In this document: one piece after another, positions 48,251 through 56,777 of the stretch
Numbering within the stretch: the stretch's first letter is position 1
Layout: each line of letters opens with the position of its first letter
IMG/VR virus record: IMGVR_UViG_2667528183_000003
Span: 20,270 to 84,269 of that record
Source: a virus
Taxonomy: Duplodnaviria > Caudoviricetes
DNA: 64,000 nt
Direction: 5' to 3' (one strand)
Position numbers and translations under genes: made by a program
The notes under the pieces: generated by a model
Told to the model about the DNA's origin: nothing
Seen by the model: the letters and a program-made list of their open reading frames with translations, nothing else
Database searches by the model: none

Positions 48251-49629
48251 CAGAAACGCTCCTTGCTCGCATAGCGCTTGGAAAGTGGGGTGACTTTTGC
48301 GGGGGCCTCAATAGGCTCCGGCTTCCATCCAGCGGCAAGGTTTTCAAATCGGTTGTACTGGCCCAGGAAAGCCGCCCGAACGGTCCCTGTTTCAACGTCG
48401 CGACCTTTGCCAACGATGATTTCAGCAACGCCTTTCGAGTCGCTGTTCTCGTGGTAGACCTCATCGCGGTAGACAAACAGGATCACGTCGGCGTCCTGCT
48501 CGATGGCGCCGGATTCGCGAAGGTCGGAAGGTACTGGGCGCTTGTTGGGGCGCTCTTCACATTTGCGGGAAAGCTGGCTCAGCAGGACAACTGGAACACC
48601 CAGTTCCCGAGCAAGTAGCTTGCAGCCACGGCTGATACTGCTGACCTCTTCAGTACGGTTTCCGCCCTCGCCTTCCATCAGCTGCAGGTAGTCGATCATC
48701 AGAATGTCCAAGCCGTAACGCATCTTGTGCCGGCGGGCCAGTGAGCGAATTCGGCCAACGGTGGCCCCGGCGCGGTCAGCGATGAACAGCTTGGCTTTCT
48801 TGAGCTTGGCAACGGCCATGCCTAGGCTCTCACCATGGCTTTGGCATGCAGTACCGTTCTTGATCAGGTTGAGCGGGATACGGCCCTCTGAGGCTGTGGC
48901 GCGGTCAATGAGCTGGCCCTTGCTCATCTCCAGGCTCACAACCAAGCCCGACTTGCCCTGGCGCACAGCAGCGTCAACAACAAAGCCCATGGCCAAGGTT
49001 GTTTTGCCCATGGCTGGACGGCCAGCAACGATGATCAATTGCTCTGGCTGCAGACCGCCCAGCTTTTCGTCCAGGTCATCCAGTCCAGTAGAAAGGCCGA
49101 TCAGCGTCTGTCCGCTTGCATGGCGGTCGTGACGCTCTTGCCAGACTTCAAGCTGGTCAACCAGCACGTCAGAGGCTTTCACCACTTCGTCAGCACCAGA
49201 GCCGCTGTCGATGGCCATCGCTGCCGTTTGAATCGCGGAGATCTTGGCCTGGGTATCCTGGTCGCTCTGGGAGATGTCCATGGCATGGCTGCCCAGGTCG
49301 TACAGCGCCCGGTCAATGGCACGTTCCCGAATAATCCCAGCGTAAGTCGCGGCACTCGCTACGCTTGGGGTGTTCTTCACAATCTCGGCGCAGTAGGCCA
49401 GCGCATTGTCGCCGTTGGGCAAGCAAGTGATCTGGTCAGAAACCGTCAGGAAGTCCACAGACTTGCCAGCAGACCGAACAGCCATGATGCCGCGGTAAAC
49501 CTCAGCGTTCTCAGGGAAGTAAAACGCTTCGGCTGATAGGTCGTCGCTCAGGGTGTCGATCAGCTCAGGGCGCTGCATCATCGCGCCCAGCAGGCCGTGT
49601 TCGGCCTCGATGCTGTAAGGATCACGCAT
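48250..49629 (-). CDS. dnaB: Replicative DnaB-like helicase
   Basis: AGRPAMGKT, SLEM, IDYLQL, LSQLSR, DLRESGAIEQDAD. Confidence 0.95.
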   Translation of the reverse strand: MRDPYSIEAEHGLLGAMMQRPELIDTLSDDLSAEAFYFPENAEVYRGIMAVRSAGKSVDFLTVSDQITCLPNGDNALAYCAEIVKNTPSVASAATYAGIIRERAIDRALYDLGSHAMDISQSDQDTQAKISAIQTAAMAIDSGSGADEVVKASDVLVDQLEVWQERHDRHASGQTLIGLSTGLDDLDEKLGGLQPEQLIIVAGRPAMGKTTLAMGFVVDAAVRQGKSGLVVSLEMSKGQLIDRATASEGRIPLNLIKNGTACQSHGESLGMAVAKLKKAKLFIADRAGATVGRIRSLARRHKMRYGLDILMIDYLQLMEGEGGNRTEEVSSISRGCKLLARELGVPVVLLSQLSRKCEERPNKRPVPSDLRESGAIEQDADVILFVYRDEVYHENSDSKGVAEIIVGKGRDVETGTVRAAFLGQYNRFENLAAGWKPEPIEAPAKVTPLSKRYASKERF

Positions 49630-50422
49630 TGTAATTGCCCTCCACGACCTTCACGAAGTTGCTCGGGGCAATCAGCCAGTCGAACGTGGCGCGAAATGAC
49701 TTGGAGCCATGGCGGCCAGGTACCCGGCCCATCAGGAAGTCAGAGGTTTTGACCTGGAAGAAGTATTCAGCCCAGAACTGCAGGTCGCGGTGTACTTCGC
49801 TCTCGCGCCACCGGGCTTGCAGGGAGCGCTTGCGGCCATCGTTCAGGATTGCCACCGCTGGCAGCTCAGGCAGCGCTGAGTGGTACAAGTCGACAATGGC
49901 CTGATACGGGCAAGACTCCATGGCCGGCTTCTGCCGAGAAATCTTTTCGGGTTGATCAGGTTGGCGCTCGGCGTCAACGACTACTCCGTCAGGAGTAATA
50001 TTTGTATTTATGTCTTTATTGTGTGGTGGAAACGCCACTAAGGACGTGGTGGAAACGCCACACTGTGGCGTTGGTTTCTTCTCAGCTTTACGGTTGTTTT
50101 TAGCGTCGATTCTCCACTCATGCGAAGGCGAAATACCGATAGGCGCCTTGCTGCCTCCGTTGCGGTATATGACGCGCTGACGCAAAAGCTCACCGATGAT
50201 GCGGGAAACGTCCTCGCGATGAATGCCGGCCATCTCAGCGATGAAGGAAGCGGCAATACGTGCGCTTTCCAGGTTGTAGCCAGCCGTCTGACGATGGATT
50301 GCCAGGGCAACACGAAGCTCGCGCCCCGATAGATCGGCCCGTATCAGGGCCTCGTAAAGGTCGTTGTCCATCCGGGTGAATCCCCCGGGAGATCGTGAAT
50401 TGAGTTGGATGATGTTGCTCAT
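49622..50422 (-). CDS. Replication initiator (lambda O-like)
   Basis: GFTR..N.L.EAL...LS.RE.RV..AI.R.T.GY; FDWL....NF.KV.EG.Y. Confidence 0.85.
   Translation of the reverse strand: MSNIIQLNSRSPGGFTRMDNDLYEALIRADLSGRELRVALAIHRQTAGYNLESARIAASFIAEMAGIHREDVSRIIGELLRQRVIYRNGGSKAPIGISPSHEWRIDAKNNRKAEKKPTPQCGVSTTSLVAFPPHNKDINTNITPDGVVVDAERQPDQPEKISRQKPAMESCPYQAIVDLYHSALPELPAVAILNDGRKRSLQARWRESEVHRDLQFWAEYFFQVKTSDFLMGRVPGRHGSKSFRATFDWLIAPSNFVKVVEGNYNA
49997..50070. repeat. Putative replication origin: iterons plus AT-rich tract inside O
   Basis: GTGGTGGAAACGCCAC at 50023 and 50046, partial GTGGCG at 50065; AT-rich 49997-50020. Confidence 0.7.
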
Positions 50423-50643
50423 GCCGCGCTTCCTTTCGCCGTATTGAGAGAGGCCTTCAAGTGATCCAGGCATTCGCGCCGGAACTTGGTCTTGGAATCG
50501 CGGGTGTACTGAAAGCGCACCATGCGAGCGGCGTACATCGCTGCTGACTGGTGGAAGCTCTGAACGTGCGACACGTTTTCAGAATCAGCAAAACGTGTCG
50601 CCACATTTGGGTGGCTATTGCCTGAATCGTTCTGTATATGCAT
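50419..50643 (-). CDS. Hypothetical protein upstream of O
   Basis: ATGA-coupled to O; NVATRF..SENVS motif. Confidence 0.5.
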   Translation of the reverse strand: MHIQNDSGNSHPNVATRFADSENVSHVQSFHQSAAMYAARMVRFQYTRDSKTKFRRECLDHLKASLNTAKGSAA

Positions 50644-50735
50644 AATCGTGTCCATCAGGTGGTATCGAATTAGCCGGGGCGCAATCCCGGCTTTTTTGTG
50701 CCCAGAATTCGGGCGGCCTTTTCAGCCCCTCTGCA

Positions 50736-50954
50736 TCACTTTTCAGGGCCTTTTGAGTCCCTTTCGGGATCTCGCTTTGTTACTGGTAGGAGCCGTACTT
50801 TTCGGGCTCCTCTTGGCCTGGTCTTCTCGATCAGCGCTTCCCTTCCCAAGCTCGCTGCGTACTGCTCTGGCGTGACGCCTTCTTTCTTTGCCAGCCGCTC
50901 AAGCTTTTCGTAGAGATGCCCATCGATCCCATGGCAGATCGTGGTTTCGGGCAC
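50736..50954 (-). CDS. Small putative DNA-binding protein
   Basis: AGGAGG RBS; LYEKLERLAKKEGVTPEQYA. Confidence 0.55.
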   Translation of the reverse strand: MPETTICHGIDGHLYEKLERLAKKEGVTPEQYAASLGREALIEKTRPRGARKVRLLPVTKRDPERDSKGPEK

Positions 50955-50974
50955 AGAGGCCTCCTTTAGGGACT

Positions 50975-51166
50975 TCAGGCCATGTGGCGTGGAGCGGTAA
51001 CATCTTGCTCAACGATGCTTTCCAGCTTCTCCTCGACGCACATGCGGACGAAGACAGCGAGTTGCAGCTTGTGAAGTCGCGCCACGGCCTTCAAAGCCTC
51101 ATAAGTCTCATCGTCGTAACGAGACTTGATTTCCCGATCCTTCAGGTGGCGGTTGTTGTCGTACAT
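50975..51166 (-). CDS. Small regulator at the cII position
   Basis: AGGAG RBS; RHH-like; follows cro. Confidence 0.55.
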   Translation of the reverse strand: MYDNNRHLKDREIKSRYDDETYEALKAVARLHKLQLAVFVRMCVEEKLESIVEQDVTAPRHMA

Positions 51167-51192
51167 GCGTTACTCCTGGTTTTCAGAAAGGG

Positions 51193-51402
51193 TTAAGCGG
51201 CGGTGTTCTTCTGCGCCTGGGTCGGATCGTCAGAACGAACGGCCTTGAGGGCCCCGTCTGATTCCTTCTCCAGAACGCATTGCATTGGGTACGAGAAGCC
51301 ACCCGCGGCGCGGCACTGAGAAACGCGGCTTCCGGTCACTCCAAGCGCGTCACCAATCGCTTTGCCAGAGCCGAAGTGCTTCAGGGCGTCGTCATAGGTC
51401 AT
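51193..51402 (-). CDS. cro: Cro-like repressor
   Basis: AL.HFG....I..ALGVT..RVSQ HTH; divergent from cI. Confidence 0.85.
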   Translation of the reverse strand: MTYDDALKHFGSGKAIGDALGVTGSRVSQCRAAGGFSYPMQCVLEKESDGALKAVRSDDPTQAQKNTAA

Positions 51403-51428
51403 ATTGGTTCTCCGGTTACATGAATCGG

Positions 51429-51492
51429 AGTTTAGAGATCTAAACATGAGAAGGCAAGGTATCTAAACAAGCTGACGTTTAGAATCCTAAAT
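51429..51492. promoter_or_regulatory. OR operators and pR
   Basis: GTTTAG-N4-CTAAAC (51430), degenerate site (51453), GTTTAG-N4-CTAAAT (51477); minus-strand TTGCCT-17-TAAACT. Confidence 0.75.
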
Positions 51493-52224
51493 ATGGAATT
51501 CAAAGACAGACTCAAGGCACGCATGAAGGCCCAAGGCTTAAATGCAACAGCCCTTCACAAAGCGACTGGGGCCTCCAAGGGCACCATCAGCTTTTGGGTG
51601 AACGGGATAAACGGCGCCACTGGCAAAAACCTGCTGGCCTTAGCCAAGGCATTGAAGTGTTCACCTGAGTGGCTGGCCACTGGCCGTGGCGAACCTGAAA
51701 TAGGAAACCCTGGAGCGCCAGAAGCAAACCTTGAGCTCCTTGGTGATCTTTCCGTATGGGATGAGGGCGACCCACTAGACGAAGATGATTGCGAAGTGCC
51801 TTACTACGCTGAAGTCGAATTTGCCGGCGGAGACGGTATGACGGAAGTCGTAGAGGTTGCAGATCGGAAGCTGCGGTTCAGTAATGCAACGCTGCGCGCA
51901 GCGGGTGTTGATTGCGCCAGCGCCGCCGTTGCAAGAGTCAAAGGCCGAAGCATGGAGCGCCTGATCATGGATGGCGCGGCAATCGGATTTGATATGAGCG
52001 ATACATCAATCATTGATGGCGAGATCTATGCTTTCAATCATGGCGGAATGCTCAGAGTGAAATACCTCTATCGCCTCCCCCAGGGTTCTATAAGGATCAG
52101 CAGCGAGAACGGCGATGATTATCCTGATGAGATTATGACTGCTGAATCCTGGCGCGAAGAGACCAACATGCTCGGTCGCGTATTCTGGTGGTCAACCGTT
52201 CGCAGGTCCCCACGCAAGAGATAG
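51493..52224 (+). CDS. cI: CI repressor (XRE HTH plus S24 peptidase)
   Basis: N-terminal HTH, AG site (FAGG), GRSM Ser, VKYL Lys. Confidence 0.92.
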   Translation: MEFKDRLKARMKAQGLNATALHKATGASKGTISFWVNGINGATGKNLLALAKALKCSPEWLATGRGEPEIGNPGAPEANLELLGDLSVWDEGDPLDEDDCEVPYYAEVEFAGGDGMTEVVEVADRKLRFSNATLRAAGVDCASAAVARVKGRSMERLIMDGAAIGFDMSDTSIIDGEIYAFNHGGMLRVKYLYRLPQGSIRISSENGDDYPDEIMTAESWREETNMLGRVFWWSTVRRSPRKR

Positions 52225-52240
52225 CCTCTCCCTCCCCCAT

Positions 52241-52266
52241 AAGCCCGCGATTTGCGGGCTTTTTTT
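52241..52266 (+). terminator. Terminator after cI
   Basis: AAGCCCGCGA-TT-TGCGGGCTTTTTTT. Confidence 0.8.
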
Positions 52267-52295
52267 CGCCCCGACTAAATTCGCACGAAAAGAAA

Positions 52296-52347
52296 GTTTA
52301 GATTCCTAAATTTTTCGCTTGACGCAATCTGTTTAGTTTTCTAAATT
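52296..52347 (+). promoter_or_regulatory. OL operators and pL
   Basis: GTTTAG-ATTC-CTAAAT (52296), GTTTAG-TTTT-CTAAAT (52331); TTGACG-17-TAAATT. Confidence 0.78.
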
Positions 52348-52397
52348 CACACCCATCGCAGCGACACAGTCCCTGCGAAGGGCCTCAAGAGACCCGC

Positions 52398-52406
52398 CGC
52401 TCTTTA
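52398..52406 (+). promoter_or_regulatory. boxA-like antitermination motif
   Basis: CGCTCTTTA about 50 nt downstream of pL. Confidence 0.6.
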
Positions 52407-52657
52407 GCGACACCCCTTGCCGGATCACCACCGGCCTAGATTCGAAGGCAGCGATGAACCGGCCTCAACGGTTCAGAGGGTTGGCAACTGACCCGGGTGT
52501 GCAGCGTAAAGCACCGTAATCAGTTATCTGGCGGGGAGGTCCGCGGCCGGAGTCAACAACGAGAGGAAGCCCAGGGCTGTCGCCAGTCGCGAGCCCGGGA
52601 TTTCACCAGGTGCCATTCCACGAGTGGCATCTGGGAAATCAACCGGAGGGATTCACG

Positions 52658-52879
52658 ATGTTCAACATGGCAACCATGGCGGCTGATGAATGCCGCGAAG
52701 ACGCTCAAGAGCGCATCTACTACCGCTGGATCGACAAGGCTTCCGAGCTGCTCGGTCACGAGGTCGCGCTGGGCTCGCAGGAAGAAAGCGACCTGCATGA
52801 CCTTTACGCCGATAGCTGCACCCCGTCCGAGGCTGTGACTGAGCTGCTGGCCCAGGCGGAACTGGCTCGCGCTGCATGA
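52658..52879 (+). CDS. Hypothetical acidic protein, first pL gene
   Basis: GGAGG RBS. Confidence 0.6.
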   Translation: MFNMATMAADECREDAQERIYYRWIDKASELLGHEVALGSQEESDLHDLYADSCTPSEAVTELLAQAELARAA

Positions 52880-52942
52880 CCGGCGATTCACTGAAGCACC
52901 TGGGCGACCGGGTGCTTTGGGAATCCACTGGAGGAACACAGG

Positions 52943-53128
52943 ATGAACAAGGTCATTCGAATCACCCTGCGCGGCGAGCTGCAGTTGTTCACCGACAGCG
53001 ACCTGGGCGCCTGCATTCGCGAAGCGAACCGGCTCAACACCGAACGCGGCTACCGCAACGGCGTGTGTGTGGTCGAGATGGAAGATGGGCAGCGCATGAC
53101 AGCCGCCGACTGCAAGGAGGCCGCATGA
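52943..53128 (+). CDS. Hypothetical protein
   Basis: GGAGG RBS. Confidence 0.6.
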   Translation: MNKVIRITLRGELQLFTDSDLGACIREANRLNTERGYRNGVCVVEMEDGQRMTAADCKEAA

Positions 53129-53310
53129 GCCTGCGCGACCAGGGCTTCAAGTTCTGCATAAGCCCGTACAACAAGCAAGGCCAATGGCTGCACCCTACGG
53201 TGTTTAAGGTCATGCATCCCGACTGGACGGACGTCACGGAATGGCCGACTGAGCAACTGGTGGCCTACCTGATGCCGGTGCCTGAGCAGCAAGAGCTGTT
53301 CGCAGCATGA
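53125..53310 (+). CDS. Hypothetical protein
   Basis: AGGAGG RBS, ATGA-coupled; start MSLRDQG. Confidence 0.6.
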   Translation: MSLRDQGFKFCISPYNKQGQWLHPTVFKVMHPDWTDVTEWPTEQLVAYLMPVPEQQELFAA

Positions 53311-53376
53311 CGATTTCACTGGCTGGCCTTGGCGACAGGGCCAGACGGGAAATCAACCGCCCTGGAGGGCGAGGAT

Positions 53377-53736
53377 ATGCCCACAAAAGCTTATCAATGT
53401 GGATCGTGTTGCGAGGTCCACGAGTTCTATCACGAGGCGGAAAGCTGCTGTCAGCCAGCAGTCGATGAGGGCTGGTCGTGTGATGTCTGCAACGACTTCC
53501 ATAGTGAAAAGGAAGACGCTGCGAAATGCTGTATCAAGCTGGTCAAGAAGAAATCCGCCGAATCACTCCAATGCCCATCATGCTTGCGCGTCCAGTCACT
53601 GATGCAACTGGTAGCAGAGATTGAAGTGGCTGCGCACTGCTCAGAGTGCAACCCGCATTACAGCAGCGACGAATCATTCAAGATTGCTGATCTGGTTGAT
53701 CGGCGAGTTGAAGAGAAAATCGAGCAAGCGCTTTAA
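53377..53736 (+). CDS. Cys-rich putative zinc-binding protein
   Basis: Four CxxC motifs and two ...CC repeats. Confidence 0.65.
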   Translation: MPTKAYQCGSCCEVHEFYHEAESCCQPAVDEGWSCDVCNDFHSEKEDAAKCCIKLVKKKSAESLQCPSCLRVQSLMQLVAEIEVAAHCSECNPHYSSDESFKIADLVDRRVEEKIEQAL

Positions 53737-53852
53737 GCCGGAGGCCTGTCGCCAGCAGCGAGCCCGGGCCGAGGGATGCTGATTCATCCCTGGTTTTACA
53801 AATGCCTCCACAACCCCTGGAGGCATTCGAAAGCCACGAACGGAGCAGGACC

Positions 53853-53993
53853 ATGACCAAGCAAGCACTCGTACAGAAAGCCCGGTCTGCGAACCGCGAC
53901 ATCATCGCCCACGTCCAGGCTGGTCGGTTCTGGGCAGCAGATCTCGCAGCAAATACCCGCGACGCGGCGATGGCCGAAGCGCGCAACGCCTAA
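53853..53993 (+). CDS. Hypothetical protein
   Basis: AGGA RBS; start MTKQAL. Confidence 0.5.
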   Translation: MTKQALVQKARSANRDIIAHVQAGRFWAADLAANTRDAAMAEARNA

Positions 53994-54014
53994 CCTTACG
54001 AAAGGAATACCAAC

Positions 54015-54494
54015 ATGAGCGCACAAAAGAACACTCCACCAGCTATCGGCGAAATCTGGCCAGGTCAGGGCGGCATCTACGGCGGTCTTCGTCAGTATCC
54101 AGAAGGTCTTTGCCACATCATCTTCGCAGCGGAAGACGTTCCTGGGCGCCATCAGTACGGCGACTATGGTGTTTCGGTGAAGGCTGAAAGCCGCACTGAT
54201 GGCCGAGCAAATACGGCGGTGATGATCGAGCGCGAAGGTAAGCACCCTGCCGCCATTGAGGCCGCTGGCTACACAGCCGACGGACACAAGGACTTCTATC
54301 TGCCATCCATTGGGGAGCTCCATCACGTCTGGCAGTACATTCCTGAATCGTTTGCGACCGATTGGTACTACTGGTCGAGCTCGCAGTACTCAGCCAACTA
54401 CGCCTACACCGTGGACTTTGAAGATGGCTGGCTCGACGACAACGGCAAGGACGGCGTACGTCTTGTCCGTCCTGTCCGCAGATTCCTTCAGTAA
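54015..54494 (+). CDS. DUF1566/Lcl-domain protein
   Basis: GE.WPGQGGIY.G; DFYLPS..EL; YWSSSQYSA..A...DF..G; VRPVRR. Confidence 0.8.
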   Translation: MSAQKNTPPAIGEIWPGQGGIYGGLRQYPEGLCHIIFAAEDVPGRHQYGDYGVSVKAESRTDGRANTAVMIEREGKHPAAIEAAGYTADGHKDFYLPSIGELHHVWQYIPESFATDWYYWSSSQYSANYAYTVDFEDGWLDDNGKDGVRLVRPVRRFLQ

Positions 54495-54574
54495 TTCAAT
54501 TCTTCAATTGCTTCTGAACAACCAGCGCCAAACGTGAGCCTCACGCTAACTGCCCGATCCCTGGTGAGCCAGGA

Positions 54575-54704
54575 CGCATCGGAGGTAGGCCTGCCAATTT
54601 CGAAAGAGTCACTAGCCGACGCGCGGCTCGGTATAGAACCCGGCAGAAAGGTAGTCATGTAGTGAACCGCGACTAGCTCATGACGTAGGCCTACCTCCGA
54701 TGCG
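54575..54704 (+). ncRNA. Structured element closed by a perfect 18-bp inverted repeat (putative ncRNA)
   Basis: CGCATCGGAGGTAGGCCT / AGGCCTACCTCCGATGCG with internal hairpins. Confidence 0.5.
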
Positions 54705-54795
54705 GAAGAGTCCATACCGCGAAAGCGGCCCCCTGCATCAAACGAGCATCAGCGACTTCAGGACGCTCTGCTCTTCCAGCCAACTGGAGAATCAC

Positions 54796-54939
54796 ATGCT
54801 CCTACTGTTCCTGATCGGCGCAGCGCTTAGCCATGTGCGGCCAGAACCGCAAGGCAAGGCGGCACTGCCAACCGATCCACCCACCTTGATCCGAGAAAAG
54901 CCCCGACTGAGACGCGGGGCACCAGCGTTCTGGCGCTGA
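54796..54939 (+). CDS. Small hypothetical protein
   Basis: GGAG RBS; hydrophobic N-terminus. Confidence 0.45.
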   Translation: MLLLFLIGAALSHVRPEPQGKAALPTDPPTLIREKPRLRRGAPAFWR

Positions 54940-55045
54940 CTGTCCCGCCCAAAACAACAGGAACCCACAAGAGCACGGCATCTGAGAAAGCCCCGAACGT
55001 CCAACGGGGCTTTCTTTATTGCGAACCACCAGATTGGAGGTGTGG

Positions 55046-55579
55046 ATGAACATCAACAGCTCCTACGTTGTTTGTTTGCTTGATTACGATCCCTCCAACG
55101 GCGCTATGTACTGGAAGCCCAGGCAGCCTCACCAGGTTAATTGCCAAAAAGCTCTTAATAGCTGGAACAGGAAGTACGCTGGAAAGCGAGCTGGCTCGGC
55201 AAACAGCGACGGTTACGAGGTGATACGTGTTGGCGGAAATCAATTCCGTACCAACCGACTAGTTTGGGAACTGCACCATGGGCCTATCCCGGATGGAATG
55301 CAGATAGACCACATAAATGGCGATCGCCGGGACAACCGTGCCGCCAACCTGCGCGCTGTAACAATTACCGAAAATAACCGGAACATGAGGCTTTCGCACC
55401 GCAACACCAGCGGCCTGCATGGGGTCGTGTTCCTTCATCGCTACAACAGATTTCAGGCCACGATAGTCGTGGACAAGAAGCATATCCACCTCGGCTATCA
55501 CAAGACCCTGATTGAAGCGGCAGCGGCCAGGAAGTCGGCAGAGTTTTGCCATGGCTTCCACCAAAACCACGGCCGCTGA
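55046..55579 (+). CDS. HNH endonuclease with AP2-like C-terminus
   Basis: YDP..G...WK; IDHING.R.DNR..NLR.VT..EN..N; NTSG..GV; HLG. Confidence 0.88.
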   Translation: MNINSSYVVCLLDYDPSNGAMYWKPRQPHQVNCQKALNSWNRKYAGKRAGSANSDGYEVIRVGGNQFRTNRLVWELHHGPIPDGMQIDHINGDRRDNRAANLRAVTITENNRNMRLSHRNTSGLHGVVFLHRYNRFQATIVVDKKHIHLGYHKTLIEAAAARKSAEFCHGFHQNHGR

Positions 55580-55610
55580 CGCTGTGTAACCCGCCACCTT
55601 GGAGGCGACC

Positions 55611-55985
55611 ATGCAAACAGCAATGCAGATTTGCCAAGACCGGCACGACAGCAAGTTGCCGGCGGAACATGCCGAGTACGACGAGCAGGACGCCGCCGAG
55701 GTGGCCCAGGTGCTGGCGATGGAATCGGAACTTGTGCCGTTCTTCGACAAACGCGCGACCAGATCCCACGGCCACATCTCTGGCTTCGCGCTGAACGCCA
55801 GCGAGGCGATGGCCCAGGCCGCGGGGCACGAATGCTTCGACGTGCAGCTAGCGCTGGCCGTCGGTGCCGGCAACTACGAACTGGCCCGCGCCATCTTCGA
55901 CAAGTGCTTTATGCCAGTCCTGCAGGCCGAAGCCCTGCACATGGTCGTCAATGCTCGGCGTGCCGAGCGGGTGGTGTGGGAATGA
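55611..55985 (+). CDS. Hypothetical protein
   Basis: GGAGG RBS; start MQTAMQ. Confidence 0.6.
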   Translation: MQTAMQICQDRHDSKLPAEHAEYDEQDAAEVAQVLAMESELVPFFDKRATRSHGHISGFALNASEAMAQAAGHECFDVQLALAVGAGNYELARAIFDKCFMPVLQAEALHMVVNARRAERVVWE

Positions 55986-56209
55986 GCCGGAAACACCAAA
56001 CCGCCGTGGACATGATCGAGGCCAGGTTTCAGGCGCTGATCGCCAAAAGCACCTGCTGCCTGCACGCCGAGACGGATATGGCCATCGAGATGGCCTATGC
56101 CCTGGGCGCCATCAGCCTGGAAGAGCACCGCCACTACGTTGCCCGCCGCCACCGAATCCTCGAGCGCGAACACGCTGAGTTCGCGGCCCGATTTGCGAGG
56201 TCCGCATGA
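55982..56209 (+). CDS. Hypothetical protein
   Basis: ATGA-coupled; start MSRKHQ. Confidence 0.55.
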   Translation: MSRKHQTAVDMIEARFQALIAKSTCCLHAETDMAIEMAYALGAISLEEHRHYVARRHRILEREHAEFAARFARSA

Positions 56210-56340
56210 CGATCACTGTGAAGAATTGCCAAGAACTGGCCAGGGCCCTGCAGATGCGGGGCTTTTTATTGGTCGCCGATCTACCCAGGCCGCTGCGCAT
56301 CGATATCCGGCGCGGAGTGATCATTGCGAGGATGCCATGA
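56206..56340 (+). CDS. Small hypothetical protein
   Basis: GAGG RBS; coupled on both sides; MTITVKNC... Confidence 0.45.
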   Translation: MTITVKNCQELARALQMRGFLLVADLPRPLRIDIRRGVIIARMP

Positions 56341-56664
56341 GCTATTCAAAGACTGACTACTACGCCGAGGGCCTTGCAGAGGCCTTCGACGAGCACGGCG
56401 TAACCGCAACGCCTGAGCAGATCCGAGCAATCGCAGGTGATGTTGTGGGATGGGCAGAGAGCATCGGAATGGCCTTCCACGTTCCAGCAGGCGACCCACG
56501 CGACAGCGAGCTGGCCGACCTCCGCAAACAGCTTGAGCGAGAGCGCAACAAAGTTGCATGTTGGGGTCTGCAAAGGATCTGGCCTTATTCGCTTTCAAGG
56601 CCCGTACCACGCCTCTACGTACACCTGTCACAAATGCAATGGCGAAGGCAGGCATGCCCCATGA
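56337..56664 (+). pseudogene. Frameshifted gene with a C-terminal DnaJ-type zinc finger
   Basis: Deleting one T at 56561-56562 gives KVACGVCKGSG...CHKCNGEG. Confidence 0.6.
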
Positions 56665-56777
56665 CATCCCGCCAGCGCGCTCGCCGCCTGCTGATATGGC
56701 GCGGTTCCTTCTGTGCTCTAACCCTCCTCTCTCTTCTGATGCTCGCCAGCGCTTTGGCTGATCGCGTCACTTCCTAA
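56661..56777 (+). CDS. Small membrane peptide
   Basis: MTSRQRARRLLIWRG followed by a hydrophobic helix. Confidence 0.5.
   Translation: MTSRQRARRLLIWRGSFCALTLLSLLMLASALADRVTS

Noticed and set aside
54015-54494. DUF1566/Lcl protein as a diversity-generating retroelement target
   Set aside because: I found no adenine-variant template repeat of its 3' end and no reverse transcriptase in the window; the region beyond the IS junction is missing, so a remote DGR cannot be excluded
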